The notes beneath the pieces were generated by a model. The model was not told the origin of the DNA. It did not search any database and was given only the letters and a program-made list of their open reading frames with translations. A DNA stretch of 64,000 nt from an uncultured Planctomycetia bacterium (GTDB taxonomy: Bacteria > Omnitrophota > Gorgyraeia > 2-01-FULL-45-10), in the NCBI GenBank assembly GCA_964433975.1, contig CAYSSS010000001.1, forward strand, positions 78,257 to 142,256, written 5' to 3'. Of this stretch, positions 27,053 through 36,231 are shown piece after piece (positions within the stretch are counted from its first letter, which is position 1; each line of letters starts with the position of its first letter). The position numbers were made by a program, and so were the translations under genes.

Positions 27053-27060
27053 GGATATTT

Positions 27061-28044
27061 ATGTCTAAAGTCTTGATTACCGGCGGTGCCGGATACATAG
27101 GATCTGTTATGAGTAATTTTTTTCTACTGAACGGATACGATGTAAAAGTGGCAGACCTGCTATGGTTTAAAAAAGATGCGCCTTCTCTTTATCGGGGCAA
27201 CCCGCGATACTCGTTTGTTAAGGGCGACATATGCGACGCTGCTTTTAGAGATAGCCTTTTAGAAGATATAGATTTTGTGGTCCATGCCGCGGCGGTTGTA
27301 GGCGATCCCGCAAGCAAAAAATTTCCGGATTTAACATATAAGATCAATTACGAAGCCTCTATTAAACTTATCGATAAAGCGAGAAATTCCAGCGTAAAAG
27401 GTTTTATATTTCTTTCGACATGCTCAAATTATGGTATTTCGGAAGGCCTGGCAAATGAAGAATCGCCCCTTAAGCCGCTCTCTCTGTACGCCGAGACCAA
27501 GGTTGACGTGGAGCGGTACCTGATAGACAAGGTTAGCGACCTGGATTGGGTTATTTGCAGGCTGTCTACTGTGTACGGAGTATCACCAAGAATGAGGTTT
27601 GATCTCACGGTGAATGATTTCGTATTAAATGCTCTTACCACTAAATACCTCAATATATTCCTGCCTTATACATACAGGCCATATATACATGTTTCTGACG
27701 CGGGCCGGGTAATTTCGGAGATTGTAAAAAAATTTGATAAAACAAAAAGAAATATTTTTAATATAGGCTTTGATGGCGAGAATTACCAGAAGATAGAGAT
27801 CGCAAACGCGATCTCCGGATTTATCCCGGACGTCAAGATCAGCGTTACGGAGAAGGGCGCCGATAGCAGGGACTACCAGGTTGATTTTTCTAAACTGCAA
27901 AAATATGTAGATTTAAAAAATTCCTTCAGAGTGGAAAGTGGCATCAAGGAAGTCCTGGGTTTGTTGAATTCCGGCAAAATTACGGATCCTAAAGAGGATA
28001 TTTATTATAACACCTCACCGGACACAGGAGGTCTAACGGGATGA
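27061..28044 (+). CDS. NAD-dependent epimerase/dehydratase (SDR). Candidate LegB/PseB-type NDP-HexNAc 4,6-dehydratase.
   Basis: ITGGAGYIGS Rossmann motif and the YAETK catalytic Y-x-x-x-K. It is first in a nonulosonic-acid gene set. Confidence 0.7.
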   Translation: MSKVLITGGAGYIGSVMSNFFLLNGYDVKVADLLWFKKDAPSLYRGNPRYSFVKGDICDAAFRDSLLEDIDFVVHAAAVVGDPASKKFPDLTYKINYEASIKLIDKARNSSVKGFIFLSTCSNYGISEGLANEESPLKPLSLYAETKVDVERYLIDKVSDLDWVICRLSTVYGVSPRMRFDLTVNDFVLNALTTKYLNIFLPYTYRPYIHVSDAGRVISEIVKKFDKTKRNIFNIGFDGENYQKIEIANAISGFIPDVKISVTEKGADSRDYQVDFSKLQKYVDLKNSFRVESGIKEVLGLLNSGKITDPKEDIYYNTSPDTGGLTG

Positions 28045-29132
28045 AGCTTGAGCTGGATGCCCCCAACGTAGGAGAGCTGGAAAAGCAGTATATTAACGAC
28101 GCTATTGATAGGGGTTTTGTCTCTACGTTCGGGCCCCTGGTAGCCGAATTCGAAGAAAAATTTGCGGCTTTATTAAATATCAAAAATGGAGTTTCAGCGC
28201 AGAGTGGTACGGCAGCCATCCACATAGCTTTGCATGAGCTTGGAATAGGCAAGGACGACGAAGTAATAGTCCCCGCGTCAACATTTATAGCAACGGTTAA
28301 CCCTATTATTTATGTCGGCGCAAAGCCGGTTTTCGTTGACGCGGATTTAAATACATGGAACATGGATCCGTGGGCCATAGAAAAAAATATTACAAAAAAG
28401 ACAAAAGCCATACTCCTGGTCCATCTTTATGGTAATCCCTGTGATATGGATGCGATAATGAAGATAGCTAAAAAAAATAAGTTATTTGTGATCGAAGACG
28501 CGACCGAGAGCCTGGGTTCAAAATATAAGGGAAAATATACGGGAACATTTGGCGATCTCGGATGCTTCAGTTTCAACGGCAATAAGACGATTACCACGGG
28601 TGGCGGTGGCATGGTGGTCGGAAACGATGAAGAAAGGATGGCCCACATAAAATTTCTTGTAAACCAGGCCAGGGAAGATAAGAAGGGGTATTATCACCCG
28701 GAGGTCGGGTTCAACTACAGGATGACTAATATAGAAGCGGCATTAGGCCTTGCTCAGCTGGAAAGGCTGGGAGCTTTCCTGTCCAAAAAGAGATCTTTTG
28801 TTCAGATATATAGGAGCGAACTTAAAAAAGTACCGGCTATACGTTTCCAGGAAGAATGTGACGGCGCAGAATCAATCCCGTGGCTTACTTGCGCGACTTT
28901 TGAGAGCATAACCGATATGGATTTATTGCAGAAAAAATTAAAAGAAAAAGGGATACCGACAAGGAGGGTTTTTATGCCTATAACTAATTTCCCTCCTTAT
29001 AAAAAGTTTAAAATTGAAGAATGCGCCAATGCCGAGCATATCTATGAAAAAGGGCTATGCCTGCCAGGCTCCACCGTGAACAGCGAAGATGATATAAGGT
29101 ATGTATGCAGAACAATAAAAGAGGTAATGTAA
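28041..29132 (+). CDS. DegT/DnrJ/EryC1-family PLP-dependent aminotransferase (LegC/PseC-like).
   Basis: GCFSFNGNKTITTGGGGMVV with the PLP lysine. It is a paralog of the 10988 protein. Confidence 0.85.
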   Translation: MKLELDAPNVGELEKQYINDAIDRGFVSTFGPLVAEFEEKFAALLNIKNGVSAQSGTAAIHIALHELGIGKDDEVIVPASTFIATVNPIIYVGAKPVFVDADLNTWNMDPWAIEKNITKKTKAILLVHLYGNPCDMDAIMKIAKKNKLFVIEDATESLGSKYKGKYTGTFGDLGCFSFNGNKTITTGGGGMVVGNDEERMAHIKFLVNQAREDKKGYYHPEVGFNYRMTNIEAALGLAQLERLGAFLSKKRSFVQIYRSELKKVPAIRFQEECDGAESIPWLTCATFESITDMDLLQKKLKEKGIPTRRVFMPITNFPPYKKFKIEECANAEHIYEKGLCLPGSTVNSEDDIRYVCRTIKEVM

Positions 29133-29134
29133 AG

Positions 29135-29731
29135 ATGAAGAAGATCGTGCTGGTGGGTGGCGGTGGGCATTGTAAGGTTGTCATTGATGCGATAGAATCC
29201 TCCGGCGAATTCGACATATGCGGAATCGTAGATCCTTCGCTTTCCAAAGGAAAATCGGTTTTAAATATAGCGGTATTAGGGAAAGATGATATTTTGCCGG
29301 AATTATTCAGGAAAGGAATAGCACATGCTTTTATAAGCGTCGGTTCTATCGGTAATTGCGATATAAGGAAGAAGATATATAAGGATCTGAAGGATACAGG
29401 GTTTAAATTACCGGTTATTGTACACCCGAAGGCAGCGGTCTCTAAGTATGTCGAATTTGGCGAAGGCGCCTTTGTTGCTGCCGGAGCAGTTATTAACGCC
29501 GATACGAAGATCGGCAAGAACGCGATCATAAATACCTCGTCTTCTGTAGATCATGATTGTGAAATAGGCGATTTCGTGCATATTGCGCCCGGAGCAATCT
29601 TAAGCGGAGGAGTTAAGATTGGCGACGGGGCCCATGTTGGTGTCGGCGCGAGGATAGTTCAGTGTTTAAGCATAAAGGAAAATTCTTTTATCAAGGCCGG
29701 CGCGTTAATCACAGAAAGTACCCTTAAGTAA
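29135..29731 (+). CDS. Hexapeptide-repeat N-acetyltransferase of the NeuD/PglD/LegH family.
   Basis: MKKIVLVGGGGHCKVVIDAIE N-terminal Rossmann-like region, then a left-handed beta-helix repeat region. Confidence 0.75.
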   Translation: MKKIVLVGGGGHCKVVIDAIESSGEFDICGIVDPSLSKGKSVLNIAVLGKDDILPELFRKGIAHAFISVGSIGNCDIRKKIYKDLKDTGFKLPVIVHPKAAVSKYVEFGEGAFVAAGAVINADTKIGKNAIINTSSSVDHDCEIGDFVHIAPGAILSGGVKIGDGAHVGVGARIVQCLSIKENSFIKAGALITESTLK

Positions 29732-30738
29732 TGAATAACAGAACGCTTATTATAGCTGAGGCCGGCGTAAATCACAACGGAAGCGTAAAAACGGCCAAGA
29801 AGCTGGTGGACGCGGCGTTAAGGTCCGGCGCTGATGCCGTGAAATTCCAGACTTTCAGGGCCCAAGACCTTGTTGGCAAATTGGCTTCCAAGGCTCCTTA
29901 TCAGAATAGGACAACCTGCCGGAATGAAACACAACTTGAGATGCTGAGAAGATTAGAGTTAAATGCGGACGATCACAGAACGCTTATAGGCTACTGCAAA
30001 AAAAAGCGCATACAATTCTTATCATCTCCTTTCGATCTATTTGGCGTAGAAATGCTTGATGGCCTGGGGCTTAATATTTTCAAGATCCCATCTGGTGAAA
30101 TTACCAACTTGCCATATCTTCGTAAAATAGGGGGTCTAAACAAAAAGATAATCATGTCAACAGGTATGGCGGACTTGCGCGAGATCAATGACGCCCTGAG
30201 CGCATTAGTGAAGGCAGGAACAAAAAAAGAGAATATAACAATATTGCATTGCAACACAGAATACCCGACTCCGTCGGAAGACGTTAACCTTTTAGCCATG
30301 CTCAGCATAAAAAAACACTTTAATACAGATGTTGGTTATTCGGACCATACGCTTGGCATAGAAGTTCCCGTCGCGGCAGTAGCCTTAGGGGCAAAGATCA
30401 TAGAAAAACACTTAACGCTTGATAGGAATATGAAGGGCCCGGACCATAAAGCGTCATTAGAACCGCATGAATTTGCCATGATGGTAAGAGCCATAAGGAA
30501 CGTGGAAAAAGCGCTAGGGAGCGGGGTAAAGAGGATATCCCGCTCAGAGCTTAATAATATAAAAGTTGTCCGTAAAAGCATAGTCGCAACAAGGCCTATT
30601 AAAAAAGGAGAGATCTTTACAAGCGAAAATCTCGGCGTCAAAAGGCCGGGGACCGGATTAAATCCGATGGAATGGGACAGGGTGATAGGCGGTATAGCAA
30701 AAAAAGATTTTGTCGCGGATGAATGGATCGTATTATGA
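29731..30738 (+). CDS. NeuB-family nonulosonic acid synthase (N-acetylneuraminate / legionaminic / pseudaminic acid synthase-like).
   Basis: LIIAEAGVNHNGS N-terminus and a C-terminal SAF/antifreeze-like domain. 335 aa. Confidence 0.85.
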   Translation: MNNRTLIIAEAGVNHNGSVKTAKKLVDAALRSGADAVKFQTFRAQDLVGKLASKAPYQNRTTCRNETQLEMLRRLELNADDHRTLIGYCKKKRIQFLSSPFDLFGVEMLDGLGLNIFKIPSGEITNLPYLRKIGGLNKKIIMSTGMADLREINDALSALVKAGTKKENITILHCNTEYPTPSEDVNLLAMLSIKKHFNTDVGYSDHTLGIEVPVAAVALGAKIIEKHLTLDRNMKGPDHKASLEPHEFAMMVRAIRNVEKALGSGVKRISRSELNNIKVVRKSIVATRPIKKGEIFTSENLGVKRPGTGLNPMEWDRVIGGIAKKDFVADEWIVL

Positions 30739-31913
30739 GAAAAAAAATATGTATTATTACCGGCAGCAGGGCAGAATGGGGGCTCTTTTATCCGCTTGCG
30801 AAGGAGATAAGGCGCCAAAAAAGCGACTTCGCGCTCCAGATAATAGCTACCGGAGCGCATTTTTCTCAAAGACACGGTCTTACATATAAAGAGATATGCC
30901 GCGATGGCTTCAAAATAACCAAAGCAGTTCCATTGACGGTATCGCAGGATACAGAACAGGGTATATTAAGGGCCTTTGGCGGCGCCGTGATCAGTTTAGG
31001 TAAAGCGCTAAGGTCAGCGAGGCCCGATTTGGTCATTCTGCTGGGGGACAGGTTCGAGACATTTGCCGCGGCCGTAGCGTGCCTTTTTGAGAAGATACCC
31101 GTGGCGCACATACACGGCGGCGAATTAACGGAGGGATCCCTTGATGACATGATGAGGCATTCGGTTACTAAGCTGGCGCATATACATTTTACGTCCCATG
31201 AAGAGCATAAAAAAAGGGTCATTCAGATGGGGGAGGATCCTTCAAGGGTATTCTGCGTCGGGGCGCTTGCCCTTGATAATATCAACGGCAGAAAATTATT
31301 GAGTAAAAAAACTTTGGAAGACAAGCTGCGTTTTAAATTGGGAAAAGACACGCTAATGGTCACATTCAATCCGCCTACAGCCAGCGGAAAACTTAAGATC
31401 GAACGCCAGTTTAAAAATTTACTGGATGCTCTTGATGAATTAAAAAGCATAAAGGTGATATTTACAAAATCTAGTCCCGACATCCATTCAAAAACCATTG
31501 CGCGCCTATCAGACAGATATATATCCTCCAGGTCGAAAAAATGCATAGTGCGGTCTTCGCTGGGGCGAGAAGTTTATTTAAGCCTTTTAAAATACACGGC
31601 TGCAGTCGTGGGAAATTCATCGAGCGGCCTGATTGAAGCGCCTTCGTTGGGCGTACCTACGGTTAATATAGGCGACAGACAGAAAGGGAGATTGTGCGCG
31701 AGATCAGTGATCAATTGCGAACCTGAAAAACTATTGATATTAAAGTCCATAAGAAAAGCGCTCGGCAAGAATTTCAGAGAAGAATGCAAAAAAGTCAAAA
31801 ATCCTTATGACAAGGGAAGCGCCTCTAGATCGATAGTTTCAGTCTTAAAAAGGACACGCATAGACAGTGATTTTATAAAGAAGAGATTTCATGACCTATG
31901 GCGATACGAATAA
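30723..31913 (+). CDS. Hydrolysing UDP/GDP-N-acetylhexosamine 2-epimerase (NeuC/LegG-like).
   Basis: KICIITGSRAEWGLFYPL and HIHGGE motifs of NeuC-type 2-epimerases. Confidence 0.8.
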   Translation: MDRIMRKKICIITGSRAEWGLFYPLAKEIRRQKSDFALQIIATGAHFSQRHGLTYKEICRDGFKITKAVPLTVSQDTEQGILRAFGGAVISLGKALRSARPDLVILLGDRFETFAAAVACLFEKIPVAHIHGGELTEGSLDDMMRHSVTKLAHIHFTSHEEHKKRVIQMGEDPSRVFCVGALALDNINGRKLLSKKTLEDKLRFKLGKDTLMVTFNPPTASGKLKIERQFKNLLDALDELKSIKVIFTKSSPDIHSKTIARLSDRYISSRSKKCIVRSSLGREVYLSLLKYTAAVVGNSSSGLIEAPSLGVPTVNIGDRQKGRLCARSVINCEPEKLLILKSIRKALGKNFREECKKVKNPYDKGSASRSIVSVLKRTRIDSDFIKKRFHDLWRYE

Positions 31914-33217
31914 TACCAAGATTGGATATTAAAGGACCCAACCTCGTGAAGGGTATTCATCTTGAGGGTTTGAGGGTGTTAGGGAAGCCCGAAGATTTTG
32001 CGCGGTATTACTACGAACACGGCGCCGATGAATTGATATACATGGACGTTGTCGCCAGTCTTTACGGAAGAAACAGTGTTTTAGAAATAGTGCGGCGGGC
32101 CTCAAAAGAGATCTTCATACCTTTGACGGTCGGCGGGGGCTTAAGGACTCTCGACGACATCCGCAAGGCGTTGCACGCGGGTGCTGATAAAGTTTCTCTG
32201 AATACCGCGGCAATACAGGATCCCCAGCTCATAAGAAGGGCCGCGCGTAGGTTCGGTTCATCTACTATTGTAGTATCCATCGAGGCTATAAAAAAAGAAG
32301 AAGGTATCTATGAAGCGTACACTAATAATGGCCGCGAAGAAACGGGTGTCGATGCCCTGAATTGGGCTATGCGCGCAGCTGAACTGGGCGCCGGAGAGAT
32401 GCTCGTAACCTCTATCGACAAGGAAGGGACCGGAGAAGGTTTTGATATAGAATTGACAAGAAAGATAGCCGAATCGGTGCCGATCCCTGTCATCGCCTGC
32501 GGAGGCGCGGGGAAGATCAGCCATATACACGATGTCATACAAAAGGGAAAGGCTGACGCGGTAAGCATAGCGTCTATCCTCCACTATAAATTTATTCAGG
32601 GAGCCACAAAACATGGGGATTTTTCGGAAGAAGGGAATGTCGAATATCTTAAAAGCGGGCGCATGTTTTCAAGCATTCAGGGGGCTTCTCTTGATAGTAT
32701 TAAAAAAAATTTGATCGAAAGAAACATTTTTTGCAGGTTCGAAGAAATTGATGTTTTATGCGACTCGATGAAACTTTCAAAACCTTTTTTGGGCATATGC
32801 CTGGGAATGCAGCTTCTGATGAGCGACAGCGATGAATTTGGAATCCACAAGGGATTGAATATCATAGATGGGCACGTAAAGAGGTTTCCGGATTTTAACG
32901 ATAAGAAAGAGCGTATTAAGGTTCCCCATATAGAATGGAACAAGTTATTTTTTAACGAAAGCATTGGCGTTGAGGGGTCGATTTTGCGCAACTTTCGTAA
33001 CGGGGAATTTATGTATTTTGTGCACTCTCATTTTGTAAAACCAGATGCGGAAGATATCACTATAACATATACCGATTATTGCGGGATCCTTTATTGTTCC
33101 GGCATAAGGAAGGATAATCTCATGGCATTTCAATTTCATCCGGAAAAGAGCGGGTCGCGCGGCGTACAAATATACAAAAACTTCAAAGAGATTATATTAA
33201 AAGGGAGGGCGCAATGA
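31898..33217 (+). CDS. Fused imidazole-glycerol-phosphate-synthase-like protein. An N-terminal HisF-like cyclase (WbuZ-like) is joined to a C-terminal HisH-like glutamine amidotransferase (WbuY-like).
   Basis: The N-terminus MAIRIIPRLDIKGPNLVKGIHLEG...GADELIYMDV is HisF-like. The C-terminus has LGICLGMQLL (the GATase nucleophile Cys) and VHSHF...FQFHPEKS (His/Glu). The domain order is HisF then HisH. Confidence 0.8.
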   Translation: MAIRIIPRLDIKGPNLVKGIHLEGLRVLGKPEDFARYYYEHGADELIYMDVVASLYGRNSVLEIVRRASKEIFIPLTVGGGLRTLDDIRKALHAGADKVSLNTAAIQDPQLIRRAARRFGSSTIVVSIEAIKKEEGIYEAYTNNGREETGVDALNWAMRAAELGAGEMLVTSIDKEGTGEGFDIELTRKIAESVPIPVIACGGAGKISHIHDVIQKGKADAVSIASILHYKFIQGATKHGDFSEEGNVEYLKSGRMFSSIQGASLDSIKKNLIERNIFCRFEEIDVLCDSMKLSKPFLGICLGMQLLMSDSDEFGIHKGLNIIDGHVKRFPDFNDKKERIKVPHIEWNKLFFNESIGVEGSILRNFRNGEFMYFVHSHFVKPDAEDITITYTDYCGILYCSGIRKDNLMAFQFHPEKSGSRGVQIYKNFKEIILKGRAQ

Positions 33218-34371
33218 TTGAAGCAAAGGATCTTCTGACGATGTATAATTTGCCGTCTACGGTTAAGTTTTGTAAAAAATGCACGATGTCCAACCAAAGA
33301 CCTCGGATCACTTTTAACGAAGAAGGGGTTTGCTCAGCCTGTCAATTTTCCGATTATAAGAAATCGAAAGTCGATTGGTCCCAGAGAGAGGCCGAATTAC
33401 AGGCGCTTTTAAAGAAGCATAAAAGAGATGATGGAGGATACGAGATATTGGTCCCTTCAAGCGGCGGGAAAGACAGTGTCCGCGTTGCCCACGAATTAAA
33501 ATATAAATACGGGATGAACGTCTTGACGGTAACTTGGTCGCCGCATCTTTACACCGATATAGGGTTTAAAAACTTTCAGTCCATGATACACGTAGGCGGT
33601 TTCGATAATATTTTAGGGACTCCCAATGGAGTTATTCATCGTAAACTGACCAAATTATCGTTTGAGATTCTAGGTGAACCATTTCAGCCTTTTGTATATG
33701 GGCAGACTAATTTCCCCTTACAGATCGCGGTTAGGTACAAGATCCCGCTCATAATGTATGGTGAGAACGGAGAAGTCGAATACGGCGGAGACATGAAAAA
33801 CGCCTTTAAGCCAACTCGGGATTATAGATCTGACCACAAGAAACACTATTTTTCCGGTATTGCCCCCGAAGATTTTGTACATTTCGGTATTAAAGAATCG
33901 GATTTAGCGCCTTATAAGGCCCCGCCAAACGAAGAATTGGACGCATTAGGCGCCCAGATCCACTTTTACAGTTATTATCGTAAATGGATACCGCAGGAAA
34001 ATTTTTATTATGCCGTAGAGCATACGAACTTTATCCCCAATACCATAAGAAACGAAGGCACGTATTCCAAATATGCTTCTATTGACGATAAGATAGACGG
34101 ATTTCATTACTATCTCTCATTCATAAAATTCGGTATAGGAAGGGCTACGTCAGATTCGGCCCATGAAATCCGCGACGGGCATCTGACAAGAGAAGAGGGC
34201 GTAAAGCTCGTAAGAAAATTTGACGGGGAATTTCCACAAAAATATTTCGATGTTTTTTTGGAATATTGCGGGATTGATGAAAAATATTTTTGGGAAGCTA
34301 TAGATGCCTGGCGTTCTCCGCATATCTGGAAAAAAGAAGGCATGAAATGGATGCTGCGCTGTCAGATTTAA
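33214..34371 (+). CDS. PP-loop ATPase N-acetyl-sugar amidotransferase (WbuX/WbpG/PseA-like).
   Basis: N-terminal zinc ribbon (CKKCTMSNQRP...CSAC) and the PP-loop SGGKDS. Confidence 0.8.
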   Translation: MIEAKDLLTMYNLPSTVKFCKKCTMSNQRPRITFNEEGVCSACQFSDYKKSKVDWSQREAELQALLKKHKRDDGGYEILVPSSGGKDSVRVAHELKYKYGMNVLTVTWSPHLYTDIGFKNFQSMIHVGGFDNILGTPNGVIHRKLTKLSFEILGEPFQPFVYGQTNFPLQIAVRYKIPLIMYGENGEVEYGGDMKNAFKPTRDYRSDHKKHYFSGIAPEDFVHFGIKESDLAPYKAPPNEELDALGAQIHFYSYYRKWIPQENFYYAVEHTNFIPNTIRNEGTYSKYASIDDKIDGFHYYLSFIKFGIGRATSDSAHEIRDGHLTREEGVKLVRKFDGEFPQKYFDVFLEYCGIDEKYFWEAIDAWRSPHIWKKEGMKWMLRCQI

Positions 34372-34402
34372 TGAATCCCGGACTAAAAAGAGAGGAAGGA
34401 AT

Positions 34403-35509
34403 ATGGAGAAAAAAGACTTAATTAATGTCATCGTTAAAGAAGGCACATCTATTAAGACGGCCATGAAGCAAATGGACTCCACGGGACTCAAGATACTCTT
34501 TGTAGTCGATTCATCAGGCAGTCTCATAGGTGCGATGACTGACGGGGATTTCCGCAGGTGGATCCTGGATGGTAAAAGTTGTAACGAGGACGTACGAAAC
34601 CCGTGCAACAAAAATCCAATAACATTTTCATCTGAAGATTATGACATAGAAAAGATAAAACAGATAATGATAAAGGAGAGATTGGAATGCGTCCCCATAA
34701 TTGACGGCAACCGGACGATTACGGACGCGCTTTTCCGGGAAGATGTTTTCGGGAATAAATATAAGAAGGCAAAGAAAGCGCTGACGGTCCCAGTTGCCAT
34801 AATGGCAGGCGGAGAGGGATCCAGGCTGTCACCCTTTACAAAGATATTGCCGAAACCTCTCATACCGTTAAACGAAAAGCCTATTGCAGAAGTTATCATG
34901 GACCGTTTTGCCGAATTTGGTTGCGACGAGTTTTATCTTCTTCTGGGATATAAGGGCGTGATGATACAGTCGTATTTTGACAATGCCAAGAGTGGCCATA
35001 AGCCCATATATATGTATGAGAAGGAGCCCAGCGGGACAGCGGGCTCGCTCAAGCTGCTGTCCGACAAGCTCTCGACCGACTCTCTTTTTGTTTCCAATTG
35101 CGACATCCTGATCGAGGCCGACTATGCTAATATGTATGAATCTCACCTGAAGAATAACTGCGACATAACCATAGTAGGGGCCATGAGGCATTTTGTCATT
35201 CCTTACGGCGTTATAGATATGGGACCAGGCGGTAATATAGGTAAGTTAATCGAAAAACCGGAGTACGATTTTCTTGTGAACACAGGAATGTATATATTGA
35301 ATAAAAACACACTTTCCTATATTCCTAAAAAAGGAAAGTTTGATTTTACGGAGCTTATTAAAAAAACGCGGGAAAAAGGCGGTAAGATCAGCGTGTATCC
35401 CGTCAGTGAAAAATCATGGTTAGATATAGGTCAGATTGAATTACTGGAGGAGGCTGTTTCGGGAACGCTTGGAGAGAAATGGAGCCGCATGAAAAGAGGG
35501 GCCGCATGA
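34403..35509 (+). CDS. CBS-domain-pair plus sugar-phosphate nucleotidyltransferase (PtmE-like).
   Basis: The N-terminus has paired CBS repeats. The nucleotidyltransferase motif is VAIMAGGEGSRLSPFTKILPKPL. Confidence 0.75.
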   Translation: MEKKDLINVIVKEGTSIKTAMKQMDSTGLKILFVVDSSGSLIGAMTDGDFRRWILDGKSCNEDVRNPCNKNPITFSSEDYDIEKIKQIMIKERLECVPIIDGNRTITDALFREDVFGNKYKKAKKALTVPVAIMAGGEGSRLSPFTKILPKPLIPLNEKPIAEVIMDRFAEFGCDEFYLLLGYKGVMIQSYFDNAKSGHKPIYMYEKEPSGTAGSLKLLSDKLSTDSLFVSNCDILIEADYANMYESHLKNNCDITIVGAMRHFVIPYGVIDMGPGGNIGKLIEKPEYDFLVNTGMYILNKNTLSYIPKKGKFDFTELIKKTREKGGKISVYPVSEKSWLDIGQIELLEEAVSGTLGEKWSRMKRGAA

Positions 35510-36231
35510 TCGAGAATAAAAAAATATTGGCCCTCATACCAGCCCGCGGCGGCTCAAAAGGGATTCCCGGAAAGAACATAAAGAACTTTAATGGAAAGCC
35601 TTTGATAGCCTGGACCATAGAAGAAGCTAAAAAGAGTAAATATCTGGATAAGATAGTGGTTAGCACCGACTCCGGCGCAATAGCCGATATCGCAGTTAAA
35701 TATGGCGCCGAAGCCCCTTTCATTAGGCCCGGAGGACTGGCAAGTGATAATGCCAATATGATGGATGTCGTTCTTCACTGCATCAATTTTTTTCAAGATA
35801 CAGGCGACAACTATGACATCATTGTTCTGCTCCAGCCCACTTCTCCGCTTAGAAGGGCGGATGATATTGACGGAGCAATTGAATTTTTCATTGAAAAAAA
35901 TGCGAATGCTGTCTTAGGCGTTGTAGCGTGTGACCACCCCCCGCAACTTGCAGGGATATTGCCGAAAGACTTAAGTATGAATAATTTTGTTCAGGGAAAT
36001 AGCGGGAATAAAAACCGCCAGGAACTGAGGGCCTATTACAGAGTCAATGGCGCGCTTTATTTAGCCGACATAGATTTCATTTTGCGTAAACGGGACTGGT
36101 ATGGAGCAAAAACATTTGCCTATATCATGAAAAAAGAACGCTCAGCGGATATAGACGATCTTTTCGATTTTATGTTAGCGGAATTCGTTATGAAGGCACA
36201 GGGTCCTCTAGGTATGGGGGATGGCTTATGA
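35506..36231 (+). CDS. CMP-nonulosonic acid synthetase (acylneuraminate cytidylyltransferase family, NeuA/LegF-like).
   Basis: ILALIPARGGSKGIPGKNIK motif. The ATGA overlap with the upstream stop puts the likely start at 35506, not at the track start 35479. Confidence 0.8.
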   Translation: MIENKKILALIPARGGSKGIPGKNIKNFNGKPLIAWTIEEAKKSKYLDKIVVSTDSGAIADIAVKYGAEAPFIRPGGLASDNANMMDVVLHCINFFQDTGDNYDIIVLLQPTSPLRRADDIDGAIEFFIEKNANAVLGVVACDHPPQLAGILPKDLSMNNFVQGNSGNKNRQELRAYYRVNGALYLADIDFILRKRDWYGAKTFAYIMKKERSADIDDLFDFMLAEFVMKAQGPLGMGDGL

